64,000 nucleotides of DNA from the human T2T-CHM13v2.0 reference genome, Homo sapiens: NCBI RefSeq assembly GCF_009914755.1, contig NC_060926.1; one strand, given 5' to 3'. The notes beneath the pieces were generated by a model. It was given only the letters and a program-made list of their open reading frames with translations, searched no databases and was not told the DNA's origin. A program made the translations under genes and the position numbers. Below, in pieces: positions 38,790 to 53,969 of this stretch. Position 1 is the first letter of the stretch. Each line of letters opens with the position of its first letter.

Positions 38790-39090
38790 TATCACATATA
38801 TCAAAATATTTAAAGAGTAATAATTTATGACCAAGTATAGTTTAGCCTGAGAATACAACATTGGGTTAATTTCATTGTGATTTATCACATTAACATACTA
38901 AGAGAAAATATCATATGATCATTTCAATAATGCAAAAAGGCATTTGACAAAAACAATTCATAATAAAACAAAACAAACTCTTGTCTCTCTAGAAATACGA
39001 ATGGATTTTCTCAATCTAAAAAAAGCACCTATAAAAAACCTGCAGCTAAATAATATTTAAGGGTGATGTATTGAATGTTTTCTCCCTATG
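38790..39090 (+). mobile_element. Old L1M ORF2 (RT) fragment
   Basis: 'atgaccaagtatagtttagcctgagaatacaa', 'atgatcatttcaataatgcaaaaaggcatttgacaaaa'. Confidence 0.65.
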
Positions 39091-40189
39091 ATTTCCAATT
39101 TTCTCATATATTTAAAAGTGTCATGATGTGCTAAATGCTTCCCAAATTCCTCTTATTCCTTCTCCAAATTACTTAAATCAAGAATATAAGCAAATAAAAG
39201 AAATAAAATGAAGCACATATTGTCTCCAAAATAAGTGGTACAGATAATCATACAGAAGGGTTTCATGAAGATGACTGATCACAAATAGCATGGATTTTGT
39301 AGATAATACAGAAAATAGAATTTCAGAAGTTTCAGAAGGAGGGGAGAGAGAGGCAATAGGGATTGGGTAGAGCCTTATAAGGATTTGAGTGGAGGAGAAG
39401 AAAAATTGCCTCAGACTGTGGGGCTTTTGGGGATGACCAAAGTAAATATAAATTAAGAATAAAATGAGATTAGTCCTGGTAAACCCAAGTCAGACAGTTG
39501 TGGTTAAATTATAAACATTGGATATAAGAAGGGCTGACTTTTGAAGACTCCCATTTCACCATTGATGATGAGGCTCTGGGGAGGGGAGAGGGTAGGGTCT
39601 AGGTTTCTTACTTAAGGCCTCTTCCTAACCCATGATGATGAGGGGCAGGAGAAAATATGAAAGTAGGAAACAAAAATATTTTCAAGTATATAGAAGTTTT
39701 AAACAACATAATTTGCAAATTGATCTAATTGGAAAGACATTTATTACAAGAGTATCTGGGTATAACAAAATGTAGCCATTTAGGGTATATACAAATTTCA
39801 CAGGTTTCAAAGAATAAGTCCCCTCTAGACCTCATTTACTGATTATAGAACATTTAATTTACAAAGTCTATACACTTAAAAATTAAGAACATCTAAAGAA
39901 TTCCTTCATCAAAGAAGAAATCATGATGAAAATTGGAAATACATAAAATTGAACATAATGAAAATACCACATATCAGCATTTGCCAGTGTAAGCCAAATA
40001 GTGCAGAAGTAAAATTTGTAGCTTTAAATGTATTGTTTGCAAATAAAGAGACTTTGAATAGTAATGTACTAAACACTTTTGAGCTCAGAAAAAAAATCTA
40101 AAAAATTTTGTTAAAGTGAAATAATATATTTTCAAAAAAAATTGAAATATAAACCTAGATAATACAAATTGAGTCTTAAGAAGCCAAAA

Positions 40190-40314
40190 GTTATGCCTGT
40201 GGACCCAGCTACTCAAGAAGCTGAGGGCAGAGAATTGCTTGAGCCTGGGAGGTAGAGGCTGCAGTAAACTGTGATGGTACCACTGCACTTTAGCCCAGGT
40301 AACAGAGCAAGACC
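40190..40314 (+). mobile_element. Alu right arm (AluJ/FRAM-like), 5'-truncated
   Basis: 'ttgcttgagcctgggaggtagaggctgcagtaaactgtgat' is J-type; left arm absent. Confidence 0.88.
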
Positions 40315-40345
<31 letters not shown>

Positions 40346-40450
40346 TGAGAGAGAGAGAGACAGGATGGAAGGAGGGAGGGAGGGAGGGAGGAAGGAAGGA
40401 AGGAGAGAAGAGATAGAGGAAAAGGGAGGGATGGAGGGAGGGAAGGAAGA
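40315..40450. repeat. (GT)n(GA)n(GGAA/GGGA)n compound repeat
   Basis: Read directly, in place of the Alu tail. Confidence 0.93.
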
Positions 40451-42945
40451 GCCAAAAGCTGGCTTTCTAAAATGACCAAGAAACTTGATATATCTCTGGA
40501 AAGATGGCTTAAGAATTTTAAAGAGAAACTATAAATAAGTTAGAAAATAAAGGGGACCATAAGTATAGGTATAGAAGATATTAACAAGAAATTATGAAAA
40601 ATGTGTGCCAATAACATTAAATAAGTTCAAGGCTGAAATAATTTACTAAAACCAACTTAGGAAAGAAAAGCTGAAATATTCTATAACTATGAAGAAATTA
40701 AAATTGTAGTTAAAAATCTTTAAACTCTTTCACATCGATTGATAGTGGAAATGTGACCACTTTGAAGAAATGTTTGGCAGTATCTTACAAATATAAACAC
40801 AAACCCACCCTTTGAACCAGCAATTCCACTCCTAAGTATTTACTCTACCGGATGAAAACATACCCACACAAAGATTTTCACAAAATATGTATAGCAGCTT
40901 TACTAACAATAGGCAAAACTCTAGAAACAATCCAAATGTCCAACAACAGGAGAGTAAATAAATTGTTATATTATATAATGGAATTGTACTCAGCAATAGA
41001 AAGGAATGAACTATAGGTAACATCATGGGTGAATCGCACAGACATTATGTTGAGTTAAAGAAAATGAACACATTAGAGTACCTTCTGTATGATTCCATTC
41101 ATATGACGTTTCAAAGCAGACAAAACTAATTTTTGGTGAAAAAAATTAGATTAGCAGCTCTGGATGCAAATGAGGCAAAAAATAACTTTCTGGAATCATA
41201 AAAATGTTTTTGTATCTTAATAGATTATACTATATCAATTTGTCATAATTATACAATTAGGATTTGTGAAATTTAATGTATTTTGAAGATCATATAAAAT
41301 ATTAAAATAATAGGAGGCATGGAGGGAAAGGTATAGATGAAGCAAGAATAGCAAAATGTTCATAGTTGTTGAGCCCAAGTGATGGGAGATTACTGTATTC
41401 TTCTGTCGAATTTGCATAAGTTGAAAATCATTTAATATTAGCAACTCTAACTACAAAGAGACCCTGTATAGGGTATAATTCATGAAGGGTTAAAGGTAGA
41501 AAACTATGATTATTTTAATATATATTTTTAAAAGTCCATAAAATTCATCATTGTTCTTGAGAACAATTTTTGTGAATGGTAAATAAAAAAGAACTCTGTA
41601 ACTTAAAGGAATATCTGTCAAAATGTATAGAAAGCATCAACAATTTCATTGGTGACTATTTAGAAATATTCTCTAAAATGAGAGGCAAAACAGGGATGAT
41701 CATTATCAACAATTTTACTCAACAATATGTTGAAAGTCTTAACAACACAGGAAGGAAACCAAAAAAGACTACAAAATTTTAATGAAATAAAACTCTAATT
41801 ATTCACAGATAGTATTATAGTATGCATGTTAAATCCAAAATAATACAAAGAAAAAATTTTAGAATTAAGAGTTGAGGTAAGGCTGGATATAGAATTAATA
41901 TGTAAAATATAATTGTATTTTTTGTAATAACAATAAAGAGATGATAACAATTTTAAAATTCCACTTAGGATGCAACAAAAAATATAAAATACCTAACAAT
42001 AAATCTAACAAAATATTTGTGGAGAAAATTGTACAATCTTATTAAAAGATTATTTAAAGAATTCTACAGAAACAAATATTCACAGTGAAATCAAATATAA
42101 AGATGTCACCTCACTCAAATTAATGTGTGGATTCCATTTAATTCCAATAAAAAGTCAACAGGGTTTTTCCTAAAACTTGGCAAATATTTTTCTAAAATTT
42201 TTTGGAGAAAAAAGGACAACATACTCCTAAAAGGTACCCAAATGAATATTTGCTGTTGTAGAGTAAAAGACCTACCATAAGTCTATGGTCATTAAAACCA
42301 TGTGGTGCTACTACAGTGGTAGACAAATAGGCTGATGGAACAAGATACAGAATCTGGAAACAGAGCCATGTTGATATTGAAGCTTGACTCACAAGGAAGT
42401 GGAATTTTAAAGAAGAGGGTAAATGATGGAATGAGTGGTACTAGAATAGCTGATTTTCAAAAAATCAAAAAGGTGAAATTGGATTCTGCTTATACCATAA
42501 ACAAAATCAATTCAAGGTGTATTACATACAAACAAGTAAACAAGACTTTAACTATTTTTAAAGAATATATAAAGAAGGATACCTTTATGAGTTCTAGATG
42601 AAAAATATTTTTTAAATGAGACAAAAATGTTTAAGCATAAAAAATTGATTACATTAAAATTGAGAGTTTGTATTCATCAAAAGATTGTATTAAAATTCAA
42701 AGAAAAATTATAAAATGAGAGAAGACATTTGTTATACACCTAATTGATAAAGAATTAATAACCAGCAGGCATATCTAAAATTTCAATAAAAAACGTTAAA
42801 AATATAAACAATCATTTCACAGGGGATGAAACACAAATGTCCCTGTCATGTAAGAAAATGTCCTTATTGATTATTATTCAGGGAAATCCAGATGGAAACC
42901 ACAGTAAGATTGCATCATGTGTATAAAGTTTGTACAAAAAGGCTG

Positions 42946-43443
42946 AGTGATAGGCTAAATAATGCCCTCTCCTGCCACACCCTAATCTCCACAATTTATG
43001 AATGTCACCTTATGTGGTTAAGAGGAAATTTGTAGATGTGATTAAGGATTTTGAGATGAAGAGCATATCCTGGGTTATCCAGGTGTTCTCTAATACAATC
43101 ACAATGTCCTTATTGGCGTGACACAAACAGAGGTTTGACTACAGCAGAAAAGGAGGTGATGAGATGACAGAAGCCGAGACTGGAAAGATGCACTTGAAGG
43201 TGGAGGAAGGAACCCTACCCCAGGCACTACAGCCAGCCACTAGAAGCTGAAAAAGATAAGAACACTGATTTTCCCCCCCAAATCCTCCAGAAGAAATTAG
43301 TCCTACCAGCATCTTGACTTTAGCCCAGTGAAACTGACTTTGGAATTACAGCCTCCAGAATTCTAAGAGGATATATATGTGTTATTTTAAACCAACAAAT
43401 TGTGATAATCTGTTACAGCAACAATAGGAAACTAAAAAATACA
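42946..43443 (+). mobile_element. MaLR solo LTR (MLT1D-like)
   Basis: 'gatgtgattaaggattttgagatg', 'gactttagcccagtgaaactg', end 'tgttacagcaacaataggaaactaaaaaataca'; TSD GGCTG/GTCTG. Confidence 0.88.
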
Positions 43444-44018
43444 GTCTGATAATACCATGTGTTGGCAATAATCTAGATCTTTTTACAGAGGGAGGCAAAG
43501 TGAATTGATATTACTACTGCGTAACTGTCTTGTAAATTAAACCTAGATTTATAATATAAGACCCAGGGATTCGAATCTTAAATGCTGACCCAGATAAATC
43601 CTCAAATATGTGACCCAGTAGACATGTACAAAAAGTTTCAAAGAGTTATTGATTGAATAGAAAATAACTGTAAACAAAATATCAGTAGGAGAATAGATAA
43701 ATGAATGTTGGTGTGTTCAAACAATCCAATAGCACATACAAGTAAAAATAAATAACGATAGCTACTCACACCAAGATGTATACATATTTGACGTCTGTTA
43801 AGTGAAAAAAAGCATACCTGAGAGAAATACAGTGCCACCATTTTTTAAATCTCAAAAGCAAGATAAAAGAAAAAAGCAAGAGGATATATTTTTAAATTCA
43901 ATATGGTGGTTCAGTATTGTGATTCGTTGAGAGAGGTAGAAGGACGTGAGCAGGGAAGAGCTCTGAGAAAGCTTCAAATATGACAATGTGCTCTCAAGGA
44001 GGCTGGGAAATTCATATA

Positions 44019-44426
44019 TGCGATGGCTTTATTGATGTGGCAACTCTGCTCGGATATAGTCCCCAGTTACTCAAACATTTATCTAGGTGTTGCTGTGGAG
44101 GCATTTTGTAGATATATTTAAAGCCCATAATCAGGTGACATAAAGTAAAGCAATATTCCCTCAGGTAATCTGGGCAAACCTAACTGAATCTGTGGGAAGG
44201 CCTTAAAAGCAGGTTTGAAGTTTCCCTGGGAGAAAGAGAGAGAAAAAAATCTGCCTGTTCTCCTAGAGGTCTGTACTGCTCATTATCTCCCCTTCCTGAC
44301 TGCCTGTCCTGTGGTTTTGGACTGGCTTAGCCAACCCCTATATCCTGTTAGCCAATTCCTTGTAATAAATAATACATATATCTGTCCTATGAGTTCTATT
44401 TCTCTGGCTGAATCCTGACTGATATA
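44019..44426 (+). mobile_element. ERVL solo LTR (MLT2D-like)
   Basis: 'atagtccccagttactcaaacatttatctaggtgttgctgtg', end 'ttctatttctctggctgaatcctgactgatata'; TSD ATATA/ATAGA. Confidence 0.82.
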
Positions 44427-44597
44427 ATAGATGTTGCTTTACCATTTTCCTATTTACATGTAATGATCATATTCACTGTTTTTGGAGCAGGGTAAAACGT
44501 CATTCTTTAAATATTCTTCATTTTCTTTTATTTTTCTTATTTTTTGGAGGGGTAACCAGATCATATAAAATGCATTAGTGTTTAAAATGAAGGGCTG

Positions 44598-44917
<320 letters not shown>

Positions 44918-47199
44918 AATGAAGGGCTGAATGCTGTTTGATAAAGACTAAAAGGATTATGTTATCTAAATGAATTAAAATAATCTCATAATTCTGAAAG
45001 AATAAATGAGTTATGTTTTAGATCTATAAAGTATTACACAGTAGTCCCTGAAAATGTCTCATTCTGAAAAGGGAATTTGTTTTTAAAGCATTTATAACTT
45101 ACGGGTGTCTGGCCAGTCCAATCTCATAGTCTGTTTAAATAAAATATAGGAAGACACAAATATCTCAACTGAAAACACACCCACACACAAACACAAAGTA
45201 AAAATTTTAAAGTACGTTTTTATCTGAAGTCACTTCACTGAACCTTCTTCTAATGATTGCTAGGAGCTGCTATAGTGCCTCAGCAGTTACCTGTCACCTG
45301 CTCTCAGGAATGTGGCAAACTAAATGCTTGAAAAATCCTAGTTTGAAACCACTCAAGAGGCTAGAAAGGATCAGACCACTGTGACAGTTTCCTAAGGAGG
45401 TGGAGAAAAAGAAGGCCAAGACTTAAACATTGCACCAAAGGGAGAAACTGTTCTGTAGAATAGGGAGAGCTAAATGAATTAATGCTTTAATTAACCAAAA
45501 TGAAACTGGAGCCAACAGTTAACTTCTGCAGCAGGTAAGCAGAAGGGAGAAGAGGAGCGTGAATGGAAGAAAGACCTGGTAGAGAAAGTGACTGAGTAGT
45601 GACACCGGCATAGTGTCTGACATTCACTGCCTGTGTGGCCTTGGAAGGTTACGCTTCGCAGAATTGACCTCCTACTCTGCCAGAATGAGTGTGCTAATAG
45701 TATCCACATCATAGGCAATGGTGGCATGAGATTTTCTACAGAAGAATGGTTTGTATGGCAATCTAATGGAAGTGAAGAAGAAGATGGAGGATTCTCTTAA
45801 GGCTATAAAGCATACTGTTTTTACTTAGACTTTTTATTTACTGTTGTTTAAGATTAAGATACAGTACTAATAGAATTGTAGTGATGAATAATGAGATAAT
45901 GCACACAGTGCAGTTTGTGTTTGCAGCATGATGCTGGCAAACAAAAACACTTTATAAATTACAGCAGTAATAATTAATACTAATTATTATACCAAGTGTT
46001 CTTTTCTTCTTATTTCTATATATATTTGTCAAATGTTCATAACCTAAAATAAATGACTTTAATTTGAATTTGATTGAAATTTATATTATGCAATATACCT
46101 AAATATATGAGACAACTTAATACTTGATTTGTAAAGATTTTACTTCTATATTTATAAAAGGTTGACTCCTGGTTTTTCAGACTGGAAAGCAAAATTCATA
46201 CAGAGATTCTTTTAAAGCAAAAAACACCAGGTGTTAAAAAATGAAATTAATAGCGCTTTTAAAAACACATATAAATCACTTTCATAGTCTCCATTAGATG
46301 CATTATGTACACACTAAATTAGTCAATATTGCATGTTAACAAGATTCCTTATATTTATTCTAGGCATATGACCATATTTGTGTTGCTTTTTATCTTCAAT
46401 ATGCCCACATGACAATAAATGATCATTTTGTTAATTTAAAGTGTTGCTGTTTCTGACATTTATTGTACTTTCAATAAAATCAGACAGGCTAGGCCAGAAA
46501 CATATTACGTCTGGAAAATTATTTCAATAACACACAGGCTCATCGGTGGTATACTAACTAGGGTACTTTCTGAAATAATCACTTAGAAAAGAGCAATTAA
46601 ACAAAATTATCCCAGACTGAAAATGCACTCTGAACAGAGAGTTATCGTCATCATCATAATATTAATAATAAATAATAACTCATACTTCACATGGAAATGC
46701 ATGTATGTTTTCCATGATTTACACAGGCTGGCTGAATTTAGGTAAACCCATTAACTTGGAAGATTAAAAACATCATGGGTAGTGAACTATGAAATGTGGT
46801 TCTCATGAAGGCAATCGTGTCAGAAAACTTTATCATAATGAAACTGCTTCTTCTTGGAAATGCTCTATCAGACTTTTGGACAGACTATGTTAATTGCAAA
46901 GAACAGTTATTGTCTGTGTTTCTAGAGCTCATATAGCACAGTAATTATTAAAACAAACAAGATGAAATTAGTTATTTATCTGTTTTGTCTTATATTCTGA
47001 GTTCAAACTCTGGAATCATAGGTGCATTATATAGGAATCGGTCATTATATTCACTGATGCCTAAGGACATCATTAGATTTTCTTAAAACTTAATTTCTCA
47101 CCTTTTAAGCTTTCATCACTCTTATAGATGTCTCATATATTCAGTTTTCTCTCCAGCCTTTCTTTCTCATGTAATTTATCTTTTTGCTATACCATTTAA

Positions 47200-48120
47200 A
47201 AATTATAATAACATTTATATAGCATACTTCTGAGTCAGCATGGCTCTAAACTTTTTACATAAACAAATTTGTTTAATCTTAACAACAATCCTAATAGTAA
47301 ACATTAGTTTGCTATTATCATTTCTACTTTATGAATAATGTAAATTGAGGTTAAGACAAAGATAGTAGGTGATTTGTCTAAAATCACACATAGCTGATAT
47401 ATGGGTAAGTGGCAGATCCAGGATTTTTATTTACTTTTATTTTTTAAATTTTCAATATGAATTTAATACCATTTAACCATCCAATGCTAATTAATTGACA
47501 GTTCATGTCTACTCTTGTTTTTATATAATTCCCTTTCACTTCCTTTCCCAAGTGGATTATTTTGAAGCAAATTTCAGACATATTATTGTTTATTTGTAAG
47601 TATTCCAGCAAGCATCTCTAAAATATGAGAACTTCCTTAAACATAACAACAACAAAAAATTGTCAAACTCAAATTAATAATTATTTCTCAAAATCCAGTC
47701 AGTCTTTAAATTCTCATGTTTTTTTTTCATAAACATACTTTTCTATTGGCTTGTTTGATTCAGAATCCAAACAGATCCACATAGTCTATATGATTGACGT
47801 GTCTCTTAAGTTCCTTTTAATGCCTTCTTTCTCTGTTTTTCCTCTTTGTTGCAAAAAGCAAATTTTGTTCTCTGGAGTTTTCAGAATTTTGGATTTTGCT
47901 GATTGATTTAATATGTCCCCCTTCACTTTGTACTCCCTGTAAACTGGAAATTAAGTCTAGGGGCTTGATACGATTTGCTGTTTTGTATGTTTTTGTTGTT
48001 ATTGTTTTGTGTTTTCAGTTGGCTTGGTTTGGTTTGAAAAACTATGCCATAGGTGTAGATCCTGGGCTTGAAACTAGTCTGGCTTCGGAGTCTGTGCTCT
48101 TAATGACCTCACTACATATC
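47200..48120 (-). mobile_element. MIR split by an L1MC-like 3' fragment (~47430-48055)
   Basis: MIR 'aaattgaggttaagaca...aatcacacatagct...gtaagtggcagatcc' resumes as 'agatcctgggcttgaaactagtctggcttcggagtctgtgctcttaa'. Confidence 0.6.
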
Positions 48121-49079
48121 CTCATAAATATTACATGCTCCTTCCTTTCTTATTTGTGACTTCATTGACTCTCTTTCAAGAAGCCTTCCATTATACCAGC
48201 AGAGTGTCACAGAACCTTAGTCCTCCTTTGTCCATAATACCTTACTTACTTTGTATGTCATCTCTTTTGTAGCATTTTTCACATCCCAAGATATTGAAAA
48301 AAAATGTTAATATATCTCATCACTAGTAATTTGAAACAAAGGAATGTGTTTTGATTTTTGTATTTCTAGTATCCAGCTAATATCTGATACATAGTGATAA
48401 ATAAACATTCATGAGAGAAAACGTGTAAGTGAATACCTAAGTATAGGATTGACTGAAGTAGAATTGCTTAAAAATCATAAGACAGCTAAGCATAGAGGAA
48501 TTAAAGACATAAGGTGGAAGATACCCATTTAAAATAACAGCTACCAAAAAAGTCTCCAAACCCAGGATTCTAATCCAGAATCCCAAGCAAATCATGAAGT
48601 ATTTTTGACATGTTAGAAGAAAAGAAAAAAGTAAAAGCTGTCTATGAGGGTACCTTTTTGTAAACAAAAGAAAAGAAAATTGATCAATTTAAGGAAAGCA
48701 AAGTTCATTACAAATAAAGAGCCCAGAGAAGTAACAGCAGGTGAGCATAGTAGTGTTGGGAAAGAGAAGGCACTGAAGCAGCTCGCTGGGGCTGAGACAG
48801 GAACTTCAGGAGTGGTCATAGTGCGGCCACTGGGAAGGAACTAACTCCAGAGCTCTGCTTTCTTGGCACCCTGATCCAGATTCCATTTCCAGGGAGGGAT
48901 CAACCAATCACCCACATTTGATCTTATCCTTGACCTTGGACTGGGGAAGAGTAGGGCCCCTGACTTGAGGTCCCACTGAACTGTATCCCATGGAAAATAG
49001 ACAATTCCTCCAAAGGAAAAGTGGTGCTGTTAAGAAGGAAAAATGTAGTTTAAATTCCTCTATAAAACTCCCAGCACTA

Positions 49080-50440
49080 CCAATATTTCTAAAGTATTTC
49101 TGAAGTGCCTGTGCTGAGGATACAGCCAAGAACTTGATAAATATGAAACCTGCCTTTATGAAGTTAATAAAAAGCACAAACGTGTAATAGTTCCAAAAAG
49201 GTAAGTGGTTAAGTGTTGTAGAAACATAACAGGAGTAACTGACTCAACGTGGGTTTTCAGAGAGGCCTCCTTGAAGAATAAACATATGATCTGGATCCTG
49301 AAAGATGATAAGGGCTACCTAAATAATGGAGGGGTAAAGGGTGTACCCGGGTAAAGGAATAAAATGTGTCAAGTTGCTCAGACAAGACAACGGTGTTCTT
49401 TTATTAAACAGAGATAAGCCCAATGTAGTTATAGTGCCAAAAAAACCCCATAAACAAACTGAATTGTGCAGCCAGGAACCCAGAGAGGAGCCAGGCTAAG
49501 GAGAACCCCGTGAAGATTTTGAATTTCATGCCAGTAACAAAGAGGAAATATAACAGGCTTCCAAATGGTTATGTGGCATACAAATTTTACAGCAATCAGT
49601 ATAGCATCAGTGTAAAGAATGGCTTGTCTAGAGTAGAAATAGGAAGATTAATTCAACTAGTGGCAATGGGAATCTAAATAAATGGGCTGATTTAAAAAAA
49701 TACTGTTAAGGCAGAATGAGCAGAACAGATTAAATGGATGGGGCTAAGTGAGAAGAAACTAGTCAAAAGACCGTCATTTCTGGCATGAGCAACAGGGTAG
49801 AGGGTAAGGGTCATTTGTTGAGATAACTTATACTAAACAAACATCAAGAGTTATATAAGGAATGTAAAGCACTTTGATTCAATTAGTCAACAACCAAGTA
49901 GAGATGCCAAGGAGGGCATCTGGAAATCCGTACCTGGAGCCCAGGAGAGATGTTTTTGCTGCAAATACAGAGTTAAGAGGTCTTAGGCGTAGAGATGGTA
50001 ATCTGAGACATGGGAGGGAATGAGTTCACCTGGGGAAGAACATACAAAGGAAAAAGAAAAAAACTTTGCTCAGAGACATAAAAAACAACAGTTAAAACAT
50101 TTGGTTGTACATTTTGGAAGGGGCAAAAGAAGATGGAAGAACAAAGACTGAAAAAGAAATCCAAGAGTGTGTTAGGATAGACTGAGGAGAAAAGGTTGGG
50201 ACAGGAAACAATTAGCAGTATTGAAGGATACTTGGAAATCAAGAAAAATAAGATTAAAAGTTGTTTCTTGGATTTAATCACATAGAAATAATTGTTAATA
50301 TGAGTGAAGAAGATTCAGTAAAGTGTCGGGATGGAAGCCAAATGGGAGAAAGTTGAGGGGTTGGAGGTGATATAAGCAAAAAATATTGGCAATTTGTTTA
50401 GAAGGTTTGTGAAAAGAAGGCAAGAGGAATAGGTGACGAT
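49080..50440 (-). mobile_element. L2 fragment
   Basis: Purine-rich antisense L2 motifs: 'tcagagaggcctccttgaaga', 'tttctggcatgagcaacagggtaga', 'agtaaagtgtcgggatggaagcca'. Confidence 0.7.
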
Positions 50441-53400
50441 AAAGAAATTTTAGTTCTGTTACCATTGGTAGTTGGAATTTTGCAAGCTATTATTATTGGT
50501 GCATTGGAATGTACAAGTTATTACCTTTAAATGAAAAAACTACTTCAGTTGAATTACTTTTATATCTTATGAGCCATTTTGTTTTACATACATGATCTTC
50601 AAGTTTTGTAACCCAGAAGAGCTGCCCAAAACTGGGATTGCAAATACAATCTTTTGCAACACAATTCTTCAGGCAGCTATTATATAATAGACTTGGCACT
50701 TGAGATGATACCTAAGGCTGAATCTGGACTCGGCAAGCAAGAGTGCTATGACTAATTAGCCATGTCTGCCATTAGCTCAGAACTAGGAACTGATCCTGCC
50801 AAATACGTGATGACACCAACCTAGAAGTTTCACTAGGCAATACAGCCCTTCTCAAAGAACTGGTTAGGTGATACTTAAGTCAAAATTAGTTTGATATAAA
50901 TTCTCTTTATGTCTCAAATCCTGTTTATGCTCAACATGATATGATATGTGTTTATTAATACAGGGCCTATCTTTTGGTTTTCATCTAATGATATTGTCTC
51001 TTTGTACTTTGACAATATACTTTTGTAGAGCTGTCTGAATTTATAATTATATTTTTTAAAACTCTGTACATTTACATAGTGGTTGAGACATTTCATATAC
51101 AACAATTCTATTAACTTTTCCATGTTAGCACATAAATTACTCAAATTACACATTACTCAAATAAATATGTCCCTCTCTGAAGAACAGCTGATTGCAACAT
51201 GTTACATCTTTGAGAAAAATGTCTTTTTGCAGTTCAGTTGAGATTCACATGTGAATATAGACCCCTGAATTACAGATTACATCCACCTCATTGCCAGTGC
51301 TGCAACAGTGGTCTGAATGTGTTGCTTTTATCTCCCTATGGGTGAAGAATTATGGCAGCCAAAGAAAGGCAACAGGAAATGAGCAAAGCATCAATTTTAA
51401 GAGAAAGCATTCAATCTGAGTGTTAAATCTGAAAGGACAGAGCCAGAAAAGAAGGAAAAGATGTAGGGAGAAATCCCAGACTATTAATTATCTGTGTTGA
51501 AATTTGCCTTTGCCTTAACAGACATACCCCAGAGGTCATGTTCAGTCACCCAAAGAACAGTACAGTTGGACCTCATTGACAAGATAACTAATAGACAATT
51601 AGGGTACAATGGGGGTCATTTATTTTCTTAACATGTCTCTAATTTGCCAGTCAGTTGAATCTTTAGAGGAATGAACTCACAGTTTAGTGGGTCTTTTTGG
51701 TAGCTATACTGTAGAACCTAATATTTTAGATTATGAAAAACAGATGAAGTAACAGTGCCTTTTTTAAAAAGGCACATATTAAATTAATTAGAGACATAAA
51801 CTGCTACTCAATCCAAATGCTATTAGAAAATTTTCATAAAAGAATATTTCACTTCAAAGAGTTTCAGATGTTACTATCTCTAAGAGCATCTTTCTGAGAT
51901 TTTGTTTCATTTTGGATTTTAAAAACTGGATATTGAATAAGATGAGACTAATTTAAATAAATGTATGGGGAAACATGCTCCAGGAAAAATGACTTATCCC
52001 ATGGATGAAAACAACACAGAAGCAAGGTTGCATTGAAATTTGAAGGACCCAATTATTTTAATGGGATAGTGTTATGTGTGAATATAGGTCTAAGTAAAAC
52101 TGATTTCACTCATAATCTGCTGTTGATATTTTTATGATTGGTTTCAAAGGCACAGTCATAATGATAAACCAGTAACTTGAGTCCTATGAGCTGAGCCACT
52201 TAATAGAAACCTATAAATAAATAGGATTCATAAAGATTTCTGTCTGCACATATGAGATTATTGGATTTGAGATCAATGAACTTTTTTCACCACATTCACA
52301 AGTCATTTGTAACCACTGGAAAACTTATTTTACTAAAGAAGATCAATATTTTCTAGAAATGTAAGAGGCACCCATGTTGATGTAAAAAAAGGAAATAACA
52401 TTGAGAAAATAGAGTTCTTAGGAGAAATGCAATGACCAACTTTGTAGAAGTTCAAAAATGTATCACTTACCATTTTTTAGGAAAATAGGGGAAGATGGTT
52501 TGTTCTGTAAATGTCCAGTACAGAGAACTATCAGAAACATTTTATCCCAAAGAAGAGTTTGTAGTGTGCTCTTCTAACCAAGTGCCTACATATATCAAAC
52601 ACTTTTCCTAATAGCAGAAAAAATGAATGCAATTTTCACCATAAAGATGCTATTATGGAAGATATAATTTTTTTTTAAAAAGGAATTATGAAAGGAATTT
52701 TCCTTTAAAATAGATTAAAATTACATATTTATATTTATACATTATTTTTAGTTACAGCAAGCACCTGATTTGTCAAACTTATCAGACAAGTGGTTATTAA
52801 TCCTTTCATTTTGGTATACCTGGTTCTATAGTATCCTAGTATTCTGTGCTTTTTCTATGAGCTGTAAATTATCAGAAAAAATGTTTATTTTCTGTCTTAA
52901 AAATCCAGTTGCAGAATCATCGTGTGAGGTGGCATGGAGTCACTAAGCAATTGCAATACAAATCAGTCCAGTGATTTTTATAATTAACAAGTTCTCTTTA
53001 CATTCTATTTTCATAAAATGTATATATACTTTTTTAAGCACAAAATATGTTTTCGTGTTTTGAGCAGAAAGTCAAAAAGTCTGAATTTTTAAAATAATCG
53101 ATCAAAATAAGAATGAAAAGAGATTAAGTCACGGTGTCTTTTGAATCTTGAGTCTTTTGAAACATGAGTAACTTATGGTTAAACATTAATGATAATTATA
53201 TATTTTTAAACAATCTGGCCCTGCTCACAATACCGCGTGAAAACAAACAGGTATCAATGTCACTTCCTTCTTATTGTAAATGCAGAAAGAAGCAAACACT
53301 GAAATCTCACAACGCTATTCTTGAGTTTGTCCCTAGGGATTACTTCATGTAAAAGAAATACTGATGCTAAAAGTAAAAATAAAAAAATAAGAAAATAAAA

Positions 53401-53969
53401 TCTGCCAACATGCATGCAGCCAGAGGGGGCCAATAAATTTGAATATAGGTCCTAAATTCAGATCCTAAAAACCCATGCTCTTCCCTCTGTGTCATGCTTG
53501 ATATCTCCTTTGGTTTTCCTCACCTTGTATACCACTGCCATATTCCTTGTTATGATTCTGTCGAAGATTCTAGCCCCAGGCTCAAAATTGCCATGGGAAC
53601 TTTAATATATATTGAAAGGAGAAAAAACCAAAGCAAATTCAAGAAGCAAAAAAAAAAAAAAAAGCTCAATTTTAGAAAAATGGAGGTGCCTGGTTCTATC
53701 TTTGACTATTTCTTGTTTATGTTTTCTAAGATCAATTTAATTTAATTCCTAACCCCGACGTTACCCTGTTTTATTTCGTATGCTTTTCTATTCTAAAGGA
53801 GAATTTGCCTTGAGAGAATCATAGAAGACCAAGTAGATCAAGACTGGAGATAACTTCTCCTAGTTTCAAGATATGCTTTATTTTAAAAAGTTTACTTCAT
53901 AATATATAAATAATTGTTTAACTATGATTGGGTACCACACTTGGACTTCCTTCTATGTGTGTCTGAGAA

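Larger units (their letters stand above)
39650..44000 (+). mobile_element. Cluster of old L1M/L1ME fragments (ORF2 and 3' ends), interrupted by Alu and MLT1D
   Basis: 'aatgaaaataccacatatcagcatttg', 'ccagcaattccactcctaagtatttac', 'attcacagatagtattatagtatgcatgttaaatcc', 'aaaatcaattcaaggtgtattaca'. Confidence 0.7.

Noticed and set aside
37340-39090. Twin-primed 5'-inverted L1 around the (CA)n at 38728
   Set aside because: The plus-strand piece seems to end about 1 kb of consensus short of where the minus-strand piece starts, no TSD is visible, and other plus-strand L1M fragments follow; separate insertions are simpler.
53415-53433. Second CTCF-like site (CAGCCAGAGGGGGC)
   Set aside because: Several mismatches in the core, including the GGC end.
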